From assembly GCA_963810095.1 (NCBI GenBank), contig CAWEMM010000006.1, positions 1,280,001-1,344,000 on the forward strand: a stretch of DNA of 64,000 nt, in the 5' to 3' direction. This DNA is from an uncultured Chloroflexia bacterium. GTDB lineage: Bacteria > Chloroflexota > Anaerolineae > CG2-30-64-16. Each line of letters begins with the position of its first letter. Positions within the stretch are counted from its first letter, which is position 1. Both the position numbers and the translations under genes were made by a program. Of this stretch, positions 9,890 through 20,328 are shown piece by piece. The notes beneath the pieces were generated by a model. That model saw only the letters and a program-made list of their open reading frames with translations. It searched no databases and was not told the origin of the DNA.

Positions 9890-11590
9890 TCTCGCATTCA
9901 CCTCCCGCCGCTCGCCGGTTTACGGGCGTCGCGGCATGGTGGCCACATCGCAGCCGCTCGCCGTCGCGGCCGGGTTGGAGGTGCTGGCCGCGGGCGGCAA
10001 TGCTGCCGACGCGGCGGTCGCGACCGCGGCCGCACTCAACGTCACGGAGCCTACCTCCACCGGCATCGGCGGCGACTGCTTCGCGCTCTACTATGACGGG
10101 CAGACAGGGCAGGTGTCGGCGCTGAACGGGTCGGGCCGCGCGCCGGCCGCGCTGTCGTTGGAACGGTTGCGGCGCGAGGGCTTTGACCGCGAGCTGCCCC
10201 CGTACCATGCGCACACGGTCACGGTGCCGGGCGCGTGTGCCGGCTGGTGCGACCTTGTCGAGCGACACGGGCGGCTCGGGCTGCCCCGAATCCTCGGGCC
10301 TGCCATTCGACTGGCCGAAGAGGGATACCCGGTTGCAGCCTGTCACTGCCTACTTCTGGGAGCGGGGGGTCGAGCGCCAGCTGCGGCCCCTGCTGCAACA
10401 GGGCGCGCTCGGCGCCCTGGCGCTGACCCTGGATGGGCGGGCCCCCAGGGCCGGTGAGATCTTCCGCAACCCAGACCTCGCCCGGACGCTGCAAATCGTT
10501 GCGGAGGGTGGGAAGCAGGCTTTCTACGAGGGCGATATCGCCCGCGACATTGCCCGGACCGTGCAGGCGTGGGGCGGCGTCCTGAGCGAAGCCGACCTGG
10601 CGCATCACCTGTCGGCCAGCGGCCCCGGTTCGTGGGACCAGCCCATCAGCACGACCTACCGCGGTATCCGGCTGTGGGAGTGCCCGCCGAACGGGCAGGG
10701 CCTGGCCGCGCTGCTCGCGCTCAACCTGCTCGAAGCGTTCGACCTCGCCGACCTCGACCCGCTCGGCGCCGAGCGCCTGCATCTGGAGATCGAGGCGATG
10801 CGGCTGGCCTTCGCAGACACCCGGTGGTTCGTGGCCGATCCGGCCGTCCACCCGGCGCCCCTCGATGCGCTGCTGTCCAAGGAGTACGCGGCCGAGCGGC
10901 GCAAGCTCATCGATCCACTGCGCGCAACCGTCGATCCGCAGCGCGGGACGCCCACCGCCGGCTCGGATACGGTGTATCTGACCGTGGTGGACGGGGAGGG
11001 CAACGCGTGCTCGTTCATCAACAGCAACTACATGGGGTTTGGGACGGGCATCGTGCCCGCACGGAAGGGGCTTTACGCTGCAGAACCGGGGCCACAACTT
11101 CTCGCTTGACCCCCGGCATCCGAATGCCCTGGCCCCACGAAAACGGCCCTACCACACGATCATCCCCGCAATGGCTACACGCTCCGACGGCGCCCCCGGT
11201 GGAGCTGAGACCCTGTATGCCAGCTTTGGCGTCATGGGTGGGTTCATGCAGCCCCAGGGCCACCTGCAGGTTCTCTCCGCCCTGGTAGACGACACGCCGG
11301 CCGGCCTCGCGCCCGATCCGCAAGCCGCGCTCGACCGGCCCCGCTTCTGCCTGATGGTGCCGGGGGAGCACGGCGCCGGCCGCGTCGCGCTGGAGGGCCC
11401 GCCGCCCGAGGGTGGCATCCCGGCCGAAACGCTCCTCAAGCTGCAGGCGATGGGCCACCCGGTTGACGTCGTGACCGGATACGGGCGCGCGCTCTTCGGC
11501 CGGGGCCAGATCATCCTGCGCGATCCCCAGTCCGGCGTCCTGACCGGCGGCAGCGATCCCCGCGCCGACGGCTGCGCGATGAGCTTGTAG
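9882..11590 (+). CDS. ggt: Gamma-glutamyltransferase family (Ntn hydrolase) protein, frameshifted
   Basis: GGNAADAAVA, EPTSTGIGGD, PPNGQG, nucleophile DTVYLTVVD..NSNYMGFG, KRPYHTIIP, GVMGGFMQPQG and SDPRADG. Confidence 0.85.
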
Positions 11591-11594
11591 ACGC

Positions 11595-13066
11595 ATGGCG
11601 AACAAGGCCCGGCCGCGCGACCTGCCCGCGCTGCCCATCCCCGCCGCCTTTTTCGAGCGCATGCAGTCACTGCTGGGCGACGAGTTCCCCGCGTTCCGCC
11701 GCGAGCTTCGATGCGCCGGCGATCCAGGGCCTGCGTGCCAACACGCTCAAGATCGACCCGGCCGATTTGAGGGCGCGCCTGCCTTTCCATCTCGAGCCGG
11801 TCCCGTGGTCGCGTGAGACCTTCGTACTTGGCGACGACGCGGGACAGGGCGAAACCGGCCGGCCGGGGAAACACCCGTATCACGCGGCGGGCCTGTACTA
11901 CCTGCAGGACCCGTCGGCCACCGCGCCCGTCGAACTGCTCGACCCGCAGCCGGGCGAGACGATCCTTGACCTGGCCGCGGCGCCCGGTGGCAAATCCACC
12001 CACATCGCGGCGCGCCTCGGCGATCAGGGCCTGTTAGTGGCGAACGAGGTGATCCACAAGCGGGCCTGGGAACTGGCGGGCAACCTGGAGCGCTGGGGGG
12101 CCACCAATGTGGCCATCACGACCGAAACGCCGGAACGGCTTACCGGCCGCTGGCGCGACGGCGAGGATGGGGGCGGGCGCTTCGACGCGGTGCTCGTCGA
12201 CGCGCCCTGCTCGGGCGAAGGCATGTTCCGCAAGGGCGACGCGGCGCGCAGGGAGTGGTCGCCGGCCCTGGTCCAGGGGTGCGCGGCCCGGCAGGACGGC
12301 ATCCTGGAGCAAGCCGCGGCGCTGGTGAGGCCGGGGGGCCGGTTGGTCTACGCCACTTGCACCTTCGCGCCTGAGGAGGACGAAGGCACGATCGCCCGGT
12401 TCCTCCATGGGCATCCTGAGTTCTCGCTGGTGGAACCGCCCAGGCGGCTTGGTTTTGACCGGGGGCGCCCCGAGTGGCTACCTGCCGCGCTGCAGCGGCC
12501 GGACCTGGTTCGCTGCGTTCGTCTCTGGCCCCATCACGTTGCGGGCGAAGGGCACTTCGCCGCGCTGCTGAAGAAAGACGGGGAAGAGGGGCAATCCGCC
12601 TGCCCACCCACCCGGCCCGCGACGCCGCTGCCCAGGAACGCCGAGGCGGCTTACGCGGCGTTCGTCGCCGAGACGTTGCTGGAGGCCCCCACGCGAGGCC
12701 CCCTGGCCCTGAGCGGCGCGTACCTCTATGCGGTCCCGCCGGGCCTGCCCGACCTGTCCGGCCTGCGCTACCTGCACGGGGGCTGGTGGCTCGGGGAGAT
12801 CAAGACGGCGCGCTTCGAGAGCGACCGCTTCGAGCCCAGCCATGCGCTGGCGTTAGGGATAGCCCCGCGCACCGTGCGGCGGGTCGTCAGACTATGCCGC
12901 CGGCAACCCGGAACTCCTGGCCTACCTGCGCGGCGAAACGGCCGGTTCGGCAGGCGAAGATGGCTGGACCTTGGTGACGGTGGATGGCTTCGCCGTAGGC
13001 TGGGCCAAGCGGGTCGCCGGGCGGCTGAAGAGTCACTATCCGAAAGGGCTGCGCGTGGTGGGGTAG
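11595..13066 (+). CDS. rsmF: RsmB/NOP family rRNA m5C methyltransferase, RsmF type (frameshifted)
   Basis: YLQDPSA, LDLAAAPGGKS, DAPCSGEGMFRK, YATCTF and C-terminal KSHYPKGLR. Confidence 0.8.
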
Positions 13067-13114
13067 GGGTGGCGCGACGCCGCTTCCCTGCTGCAAGGCT
13101 GGGTGAGGTGCAGA

Positions 13115-14487
13115 TTGCGGATTGCTGATGCGTTGAGAATTCGGCCCGGCGACGTCGTCACGCTGGTCGGCGGCGGCGGCAAGACGACCGTGATGTTCCG
13201 CCTGGCCGAGGAACTGACCGCGGCGGGGCTGACGGTGATCTCGACCATGACGACGAAGATCTTCGTCGGGCAGATGGAGCGCGCGCCGGCGAGCGTCCTG
13301 CTGCGCGAGGACGGGGGCGTTGGGGCCGAGCTCCCTGCGCTGCTGGCCGCTCGCCGCCACGTGCTTGTCGGCGGGCGCATCGGCGCGGACCGCGAGAAGG
13401 TCGAGGGCGTGCCCCCGGGGGTCGTCGACCGGCTCGCCGCTTCGCGGGCTCGCCGGCGTGATCATCGTCGAAGCCGACGGCTCGCGGCGCTTGCCCTTCA
13501 AAGCGCCGGCAGAGCACGAGCCCGTCGTGCCGAGCAGCACGACCGTCCTCGTGCCCCTGGTCGGGCTCGACGTGCTCGGTCAACCGCTCGACGCAGATCA
13601 TGTCCACCGGCCCGAGTTAGTCGCCGCGCTGGCCGGCGCCCCGCTCGATCGCCCGCTGACGCCTGAAACCGTCGCCCGGGTGCTGGGCCACGAACAGGGC
13701 GGCGCGAAGGGCCTGCCCCCCGGCGCCCGGCTCGTGCCCCTGCTCAACAAGGCGGACCTGGGGTTGGCCGGCGGCCCCGACCTGGCCCGCCGCCTCTTGC
13801 GCACCGGGCTACCAGACGAAGTCGTCCTTGCGGCAGCAGAAACGGGCGAGCCGGCCCGCGCTGTCTGGGGCAGGGTGGCTGCAGTCGTCCTGGCAGCGGG
13901 CGAGGGCCGGCGCTTTGGCGCGTTGAAGCAGGTGCTTCCCTGGCACGGCGTCCCGCTCGTAGCCCACGTCGCAGCGCAGGCGCAAGCCTGCCCGGAGATC
14001 ACCGACGTCCTGGTGACCACGGGCGCCCAGGCACACCTCGTCGATCAGGCACTGGCCTCGGGCGGGGAAGCGATGGCGGGGATTCCGAGAATACTCGTGG
14101 GGGATTGGCCCGAGGGCCAGAGTCGCAGCGTGCAGGCCGGCCTGGCGGCATGCCCAGGCTCGGGCGGGCGGCAAGTTGTCGGCGGCGCTGTTCCTGCTGG
14201 CCGACCAACCGGGGATTACCCCGCGGCTTCTCTCCGCGCTGGTTCAGCGCCACCGGGAGACGCTCGCCCCGATCGTCGCCCCCCGCTTTCAGGGCCGGCG
14301 CGGCAACCCGGTCCTCTTCGACCGCCGCACCTTCCCAGAGTTCGAGCAGTTGACCGGCGACGCCGGTGCGCGTTCGATCATTCGCAGGTACGAGGCCGAA
14401 ATTGCCTGGGTCGACTGGCCCACCGGCGAAATCCTGCGCGATATCGACACGCCGGACGACTACGCCGCAGCACAACGGAATGAGTAA
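13115..14487 (+). CDS. yqeC: Selenium cofactor protein YqeC fused to MocA-like molybdenum cofactor cytidylyltransferase (frameshifted)
   Basis: VGGGGKTT, TMTTKI and VEADGSRRLPFKAPAEHEP (YqeC), then VLAAGEGRRFG..K, LADQP, GNPVLF and DIDTPDDY (NTP transferase). The domain junction lies within one ORF (13320-14483). Confidence 0.85.
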
Positions 14488-15252
14488 GCAATCTTTCGCG
14501 CACGTCTACGACGTGCTGTACGCGGGCCGAGCCCGGGCCTCGCGGCGCAAGTCGCCTTCATCCGCAAGACGCTCGGCCCGCCGCCGCGCCCGCTGCTCGA
14601 CCTGGGCTGCGGCACGGGCGCGCACCTTGCGCCGCTCGCCGGCGAGGGCTACTCCGTCGCCGGCATCGACGTCGACCCGCTCATGCTCCGGAAGGCCCGG
14701 GCCAAGCTGCCCGCCGCCCGGTTAGCGCTGGCCGACCTGCGCCGGCTGCCTTTCGCCGGGGCCTTTGGCGGCGCGCTGTGCCTGGAATCGCCGCTGGCGT
14801 ACCTGCTCGACGACGGCGCCCTGGACGCCGCGCTCAAGGGGATCCGCCGGGTGTTGGAGCGCGATGCCCGCCTCCTGATCGACGTTTACGACTACTTGGG
14901 CACATTCGGCGCCGGCGGACTGGCCCCGCAAGCGGCTCGGTTCGAGTCAGACGGGATGCAGCTGCTGGTACGCGAGTCGCATGGCTATGAGAAGCGGGCG
15001 CGGCTATGGACGATGCGCCAGCAGTTCGAGGTGGAGGAAGCCGGCGAGCGATTCGGGTTCGAGGTAGTCCACCGCCTGCGCATGCGGACGCTGGACGAGT
15101 ACGCGGCGGCACTGGAGGCAGCCGGGTTTGTCGTGCTTGAGGCTCTGCCGGCCTACCCCCATGCGCCCGCCGGACTAGACGAGCGGCGCCTGATCCTCGT
15201 GGGGCGCTGCAAGGCGGCGCAGCCCGATCAAGGCCAGGACGGCGGCGCCTAA
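14480..15252 (+). CDS. Class I SAM-dependent methyltransferase (frameshift near 14530)
   Basis: LLDLGCGTG, GIDVDPLML and ADLRRLPF; ATG overlaps the yqeC-mocA end. Confidence 0.75.
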
Positions 15253-15927
15253 CCCCAGCACCTGTTCGAGCCGCAGCCCCCCGAGCACCGCGGCGGCCAC
15301 TTCAGGTGCGCGGAACGCCCCGACCAGCCACGTGACCAGCCCCCAACCCAGCAGCCCGATCAGCGCGGGCACACCTCGGCGGCTCCCCGCCCGGATCACG
15401 CTCAGCACGAACAACGCCACGGCGAGCAGCCCTAGTGCCTCGTAGATCTGCACCGGGTGGCGGCGCACGCCCCACAGGTCGACCGACCAGGGCAGGGCCG
15501 CAGGTGCACCGGGGTTGCGGCCGGCCAACAGCGCGCCAAAAGCTGCGATCGCCAGCCCCACCAACAGGCCGGGTGCAAACGCATCGAGGACGGCCCCGAG
15601 CGGCAGCCGGCGGCGGTAGATATACCAGCCCGCAACCGCTGCTGCTGCGATCACCCCCGGCCACAGCAGAAACGCGGTCGTGTTGAAGCCGAAGATCTCC
15701 AGCGGCTGAGCGCGGTACGCGGGCCAGAACGCAATGACGTGGGCGAATCGGGCAGCCAACACCCCCGCAACCAGCCCGTAGAGCCCTGCATTGTAGATGT
15801 CGTCGTCCTCGATGCCGACCCAACGTGCCGCGCGCGCGCTGACCGCCAGCGCAGCCCACCCCGCAAGGACGAGGGTCAACGCGTATGTCTGGATGGCGAG
15901 TGGACCGATCTGAAGCACCGGCAGCAT
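15175..15927 (-). CDS. Prolipoprotein diacylglyceryl transferase-like membrane protein (divergent)
   Basis: MLPVLQIGPLAIQTY N-terminus, LAARFAHV, LDAFAP and RHPVQIYE; multiple TM segments. Confidence 0.7.
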   Translation of the reverse strand: MLPVLQIGPLAIQTYALTLVLAGWAALAVSARAARWVGIEDDDIYNAGLYGLVAGVLAARFAHVIAFWPAYRAQPLEIFGFNTTAFLLWPGVIAAAAVAGWYIYRRRLPLGAVLDAFAPGLLVGLAIAAFGALLAGRNPGAPAALPWSVDLWGVRRHPVQIYEALGLLAVALFVLSVIRAGSRRGVPALIGLLGWGLVTWLVGAFRAPEVAAAVLGGLRLEQVLGLGAAVLALIGLRRLAAPHEDQAPLV

Positions 15928-16056
15928 ACTAAGTTCCCGTCTCTGACGCACGGCAAATCCGCGTCGAAAACAACAATTGGACCTCGGGGGTATTTACCCT
16001 CGGCGACGCTGAGGCGGCCTCCGAGGGCTCACCCATAGATGCTAAGCTGGTTACGG

Positions 16057-16594
16057 CTAGGGGTACACCTTGCGCAGGTGCTGCGCCAGCGTGGCCTCCG
16101 TTCAGCGCGCCGATCTGCATCTCGCGTATCACGCCGTCCCGGTCGATAAAGAAAGTGGTCGGCAGGCTGCGGACGCTGTATGCGCGGCTCACGTCCATCT
16201 TCTCGTCCAGCGGAATCGGGAATGTGAGGCCCATCTGCTCCGCAAAGGTCTTGACCTCGGCGGGCGTCTCCCCCTGGTTCAGGCCGACGAACGCCACCTG
16301 TCCCGCCAGCCGTTCGCTTCCGGCTTGCAGCTCGGGCAGCTCGGCCCGGCACGGGGGACACCATGTCGCCCAGAAGTTGAGGACCACGGGCGTGCCGCGC
16401 AGCGCCGACAGCTTGAACGACTTGCCGCTCGTGTCGGTGACCGTGAAGTCTGGCGCCGGGTGCCCGACGGCAGGCGCGGGCGGCAATGCGCCCCCCGCTG
16501 CGGCCGCGCCCGAGGGCAGCCGGTTCACCCAAATCCAGGCCCCGCCGGCCAGGAAGACGATCAGGATCAGGACATTCCAGCGCGTTCGTGTCAC
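16057..16594 (-). CDS. TlpA/ResA-family thiol-disulfide oxidoreductase (frameshift near 16100)
   Basis: N-terminal TM anchor, APDF, VLNFWATWCPPCRAELP and SLPTTFFID. Confidence 0.9.
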
Positions 16595-16642
16595 TCTATA
16601 TCACTCCGTGGCTGTTAGAGTGCGCGCCGCGCCAGGACGTTA

Positions 16643-16690
16643 CAGAAACCGGCCCCGAGCAGCCCGACGAGCAAGATACCGGGTTTTCTG
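16643..16690. repeat. Family C palindrome
   Basis: cagaaaccgg...ccgggttttctg between the GT9 gene and tlpA. Confidence 0.5.
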
Positions 16691-16699
16691 GTTCGAGTG

Positions 16700-17786
16700 C
16701 TATTTCCCCTCCGCGCCGAGCAGCTCCAACGCCGACGCGATGACCTCCTCCGGCCGCACCTTGTCGACGAACGACTCACGGTGCTCGCAGGGATCGTAGA
16801 TGGTGTTCCGGCCGCACAGCGGGCAATCGAGCCGCCAGGACAGGTGGGGCCGGTGGCGGCTGCGCATCAGCGACCCCGCATTGATCAGGTTGCCGGCCCA
16901 ATAGATGCCCACCGCCGGCGCACCCACCGCGCCCGCTATGTGCAGCGGGCCCGAGTCGTTCGAGACGACTACCTTGCACCGGGACAGCAGGGCGGCCAGC
17001 CCGCCGACCGACAGCCTCCCGCTCAGGTCGACGGCAGGCGCGCGGATCTTCGCGGCAACCGTTCTCGTGATCGGTTCCTCGTTGCCGGCGCCGGTCAGGA
17101 CGACGCGCGCACCCGCGGCGGCCAGCGCGTCGCCGACCACCGCGAAGTTCTCGGGCGCCCATTGCCGCCACGGATCTCCCACGCCCGGGTGCATGGCCGC
17201 CAGGGTCTCGCTCGTTTCGGGCAACACCCCGTAGCTCTCGACGAAATCCGCCTCGGTGAGCGCCAGCCGCGGCTCGAGGCCGACCGGGACCGCACCGACC
17301 AACCCGGCGACCTCCAACAGGCGGGCGATTTCGTGCTGCCAGTAGATGTAGGGCAGCGTGAAGTCGAGGCGCGGGGCATCCGGGGTCGCGGAACCCGCCG
17401 TCAGCCGCGCCCCGAGTTGGAGCAAGAAACGGGTTCGTATTCCGGCCGCCCCCGTGCATTTGCAGGGCCAGGTCGAACCGCTCGCGACACATCGCCTCGA
17501 AGAACGCGCCCAGCACGGCCGGCGAATCCTCCTGGTCCGGGTCTTCCCGATCCTCTCGCACGCCCCGCTTGCGGGGCACGACCACGACCCGGTCTACCGG
17601 GCCGGGCCGCCCGGTCAGAAATCGCTGGTGCCAGGGCTGCCCCAACAGCACGATCTCGGCATGCGGGTACGCTGCCCGCAGCGCTTCGAGCGCGGGCAGT
17701 GCAAAGATGAAGTCGCCGATGGCGTTGGCGCGCAGCACGGCGATCTTGCCGATGTCCTCCAGAGGCTGCCGTCCGTTTCCGTTCAT
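16700..17786 (-). CDS. Glycosyltransferase family 9 (heptosyltransferase-like), frameshift near 17425
   Basis: LRANAIGDFIFALPAL, HPG..RQW and SNDSGPLHIAGAVGAP. Confidence 0.9.
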
Positions 17787-17844
17787 ACGCTCGTCCCCAG
17801 CACGCAGGACCCGGGGGTGAGCTCTCTACGTGCTTGCGATTCAG

Positions 17845-18195
17845 TTACTCCTCGGCCGGTTCTCCCGGCGTCGGCACGGGCGGCTCGTTGCCGATGCTGC
17901 CAAACCCGGTGTCGCCGTAACCGCCCGTCACGCCCGGGTCAGTGTCGCTGCCCAGCCCGCCGGTCTCCGCCCGCTCGGTCGGGGCCCTGCCCGCCGCCAT
18001 GCGTGCGGCGTTGCCTAACACTTCCCACACGTACTCCGGGGCCAGCCGCCGGTCGTTTGCGATCTCGTAGACGGGCTTCCCGTCCAGCGCATCGCGCACG
18101 ATGTCGCCCTGGTCGCCCGGCAGCGTCTCGGCCAGGCCGGGCAGCTGCTCCAGCTGATCCACGAGTCGTTTCAGTTGTTCGTCGCTTGATGGCAT
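17845..18195 (-). CDS. Small hypothetical protein (116 aa): HTH-like N-terminus and Gly/Thr/Asp-rich tail
   Basis: Fills the gap between the GT2 and GT9 genes; purine-rich RBS; intact frame. Confidence 0.75.
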   Translation of the reverse strand: MPSSDEQLKRLVDQLEQLPGLAETLPGDQGDIVRDALDGKPVYEIANDRRLAPEYVWEVLGNAARMAAGRAPTERAETGGLGSDTDPGVTGGYGDTGFGSIGNEPPVPTPGEPAEE

Positions 18196-18226
18196 CTCTT
18201 CCCCCCAACCTCTGATCCACTGCACC

Positions 18227-19069
18227 CTACAGTCCCAAGACCTTCGGCGCATCGACCTGGCGGTCGGTCACCGTGGTCGGAAGCTCCATGTGATACGCGC
18301 CCGAAGGCACCACCCCGCAGCCCCCGTATTTCGCCATGAGCCGCATCTGGACAAGCACGTCCTCGCCCGCGTGCTCGGCCGGCAGTTGCTTCCAAAACGA
18401 GTAGCCGCCCACTTCCCGCAGCTTCGCCGTGTCGTACAGCGCACACGCGCCCACCCACGCCACCTTGTACTTGCGCGGGTGGTCCGGGTCGATTCCCAGG
18501 CGCTGCTGGATGTGGTACATGTTCGCCGCGTTGTGCAGCCGCCAGCGCTCCCAACCGTGCCCCTCGGGGACGATGGTTTCGGGGCGCACCGGCCCCTCCC
18601 AAAACTCGATCGCCTGCTCGTGCGGACGGACATCGTCGACAAAGCTCAGCCCGATGACGGCGCTGCCGACAAACCCGATGCCCTCCTCCCGGATGGCCGC
18701 TAACAGGTTGCGGATCAGCCACGGCTCGAGGATCAGGTCGTCGTCGAGAAACAGCGCGTACGGCGCGGTGACCTGGTCGAGCAGGAACTGCCGCTGCTCG
18801 GCCATGCCACGCCGCGGCAGGTGTTTGACCACTCGCACCTCGTTGCCATGTGCCTCCAACACCCGCACGGCCGCCCGCACCTCGCCCACATCGGCCGCGT
18901 CCAGCTCCTCGGTCTGGTCCGAGACAATGACGCGAAAATCGGTAAACGTCTGGCCGCACAGGCTGGTCAGCGTGATGGCCAGGGCCGGCGCCCGGTTGAA
19001 CGTCGGAATCAGGACATCGACCGTCCGCCGCCTGGACTCGGACCCCTCCGCATTTACTGCCGCGGTCAT
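18227..19069 (-). CDS. Glycosyltransferase family 2
   Basis: VDVLIPTFNR, VIVSDQ, FLDDD and GEDV; ATGA overlap with the upstream GT9. Confidence 0.9.
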   Translation of the reverse strand: MTAAVNAEGSESRRRTVDVLIPTFNRAPALAITLTSLCGQTFTDFRVIVSDQTEELDAADVGEVRAAVRVLEAHGNEVRVVKHLPRRGMAEQRQFLLDQVTAPYALFLDDDLILEPWLIRNLLAAIREEGIGFVGSAVIGLSFVDDVRPHEQAIEFWEGPVRPETIVPEGHGWERWRLHNAANMYHIQQRLGIDPDHPRKYKVAWVGACALYDTAKLREVGGYSFWKQLPAEHAGEDVLVQMRLMAKYGGCGVVPSGAYHMELPTTVTDRQVDAPKVLGL

Positions 19070-20315
19070 CGTGCCTCCAGCCCTTGCTCGGCGGCCACCG
19101 TCGCTCCTGTCGCAGCCGGGGCAGCCGCTTCCCCCAGCGTAGGGCTCCCGTCCTCGCGGCGGTCGATCTCCGTGCCCCGGGCCGCGTGCAGAAACGGGAG
19201 CGCGGCCTCGACAATGCGGTCCGGCGCCACCAACCGCAAACAGTTGTTGTGCACCAGCGGACACGTGCTCTTGTAGCAAAACTTGCACGGCACGTCGTGG
19301 AACAAGACCTTGCTTGGGGTCAGCCACGGCGTGTGCTGTGGGTTCGTCAAGGCATAGAGCACGACCACCGGCGTCCCCAGCCCTGCGGCCATGTGCACGG
19401 GCCCCGTGTTGTTCGAGATCAGCAGCGGGGCAAGCTGTAACAGGGCCGCCATCTCTTCGATGTCGAGCAGGCCCGCCAGGTCGACCACCCGGGCCTGAGG
19501 CGACGCGCCTTCCGCCTCGAGCAGCGCCCGGAGATGCTCGACCAGCTCGATCTCGTCCCGCGACCCGGTCAGTACCACCTGCGCGCCCGCCTCGTGCATC
19601 AGCCGGCGAACCGCGACGGCGAACTGCTCGGGCAGATAGCGCCGGGAAGCCGCGGTCGCGCCGGGATGGAGCACCAGCCAGGGCTTGCCGAAGTCCAGCC
19701 CCGCGGCCCTGAGCAGGCCCACCACTTTTTCCGACGCAGCCGCGGGAGGATGAACCGAGATGTGCTCGTCCGCAGGCCGCGCGCCCACGGTCGCCACCAG
19801 GTCAAGCTGCCGCCGCACCTCGTGTCGAAGATCCTGCTCGGGCTCGACGTCCTTCACCCAGTTCGTCAGCAGTTGATACGGGTTTTCGCGGCAGTGCGCC
19901 AGGCGCAGCGGAATCTCGGCGAGGTAAACAGGAACGCGGCCGGCAGTGGGTTCTGGCTGAAGACCGTGAAGATGACGGCCGCGTCGAAGCTGCGGCGGCG
20001 CAGCTGCTCGGCCATGGCATACTCTGCCAGCGGCCCGACGCCCCCGGCGCTGCTGTGCTTCATCCACGGCGCCTCGTAGACGATGACCTCGTCGATCTCG
20101 GGCGCCAGCCGGGCCGCCGCCGCGCCCCGGACGGCGACGTCAACAGCGTGATGCGCCGGCCGGGCGCCCCGACGCTCGGGGTGCTTCCTTAAGCGCCCGG
20201 ATCGCGGGCGTGGTCATCAGGACGTCGCCGAGGCTGTCCAGGCGGACACACAACACATTCCGGGCCTCATCCCAGCCCGGGGGCGCCCGGCGCCGGCAGT
20301 GCTGAGGCTTCCCAT
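19066..20315 (-). CDS. Glycosyltransferase family 9 (WaaF-like), frameshifted
   Basis: Read by hand from 20315: VLCVRLDSLGDVLMTTPAIRAL; later HPGATAASRRY, SNNTGPVHMAAGLGTP and PCKFCYKSTCP. Confidence 0.85.
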
Positions 20316-20328
20316 CGTCACACCCTCG

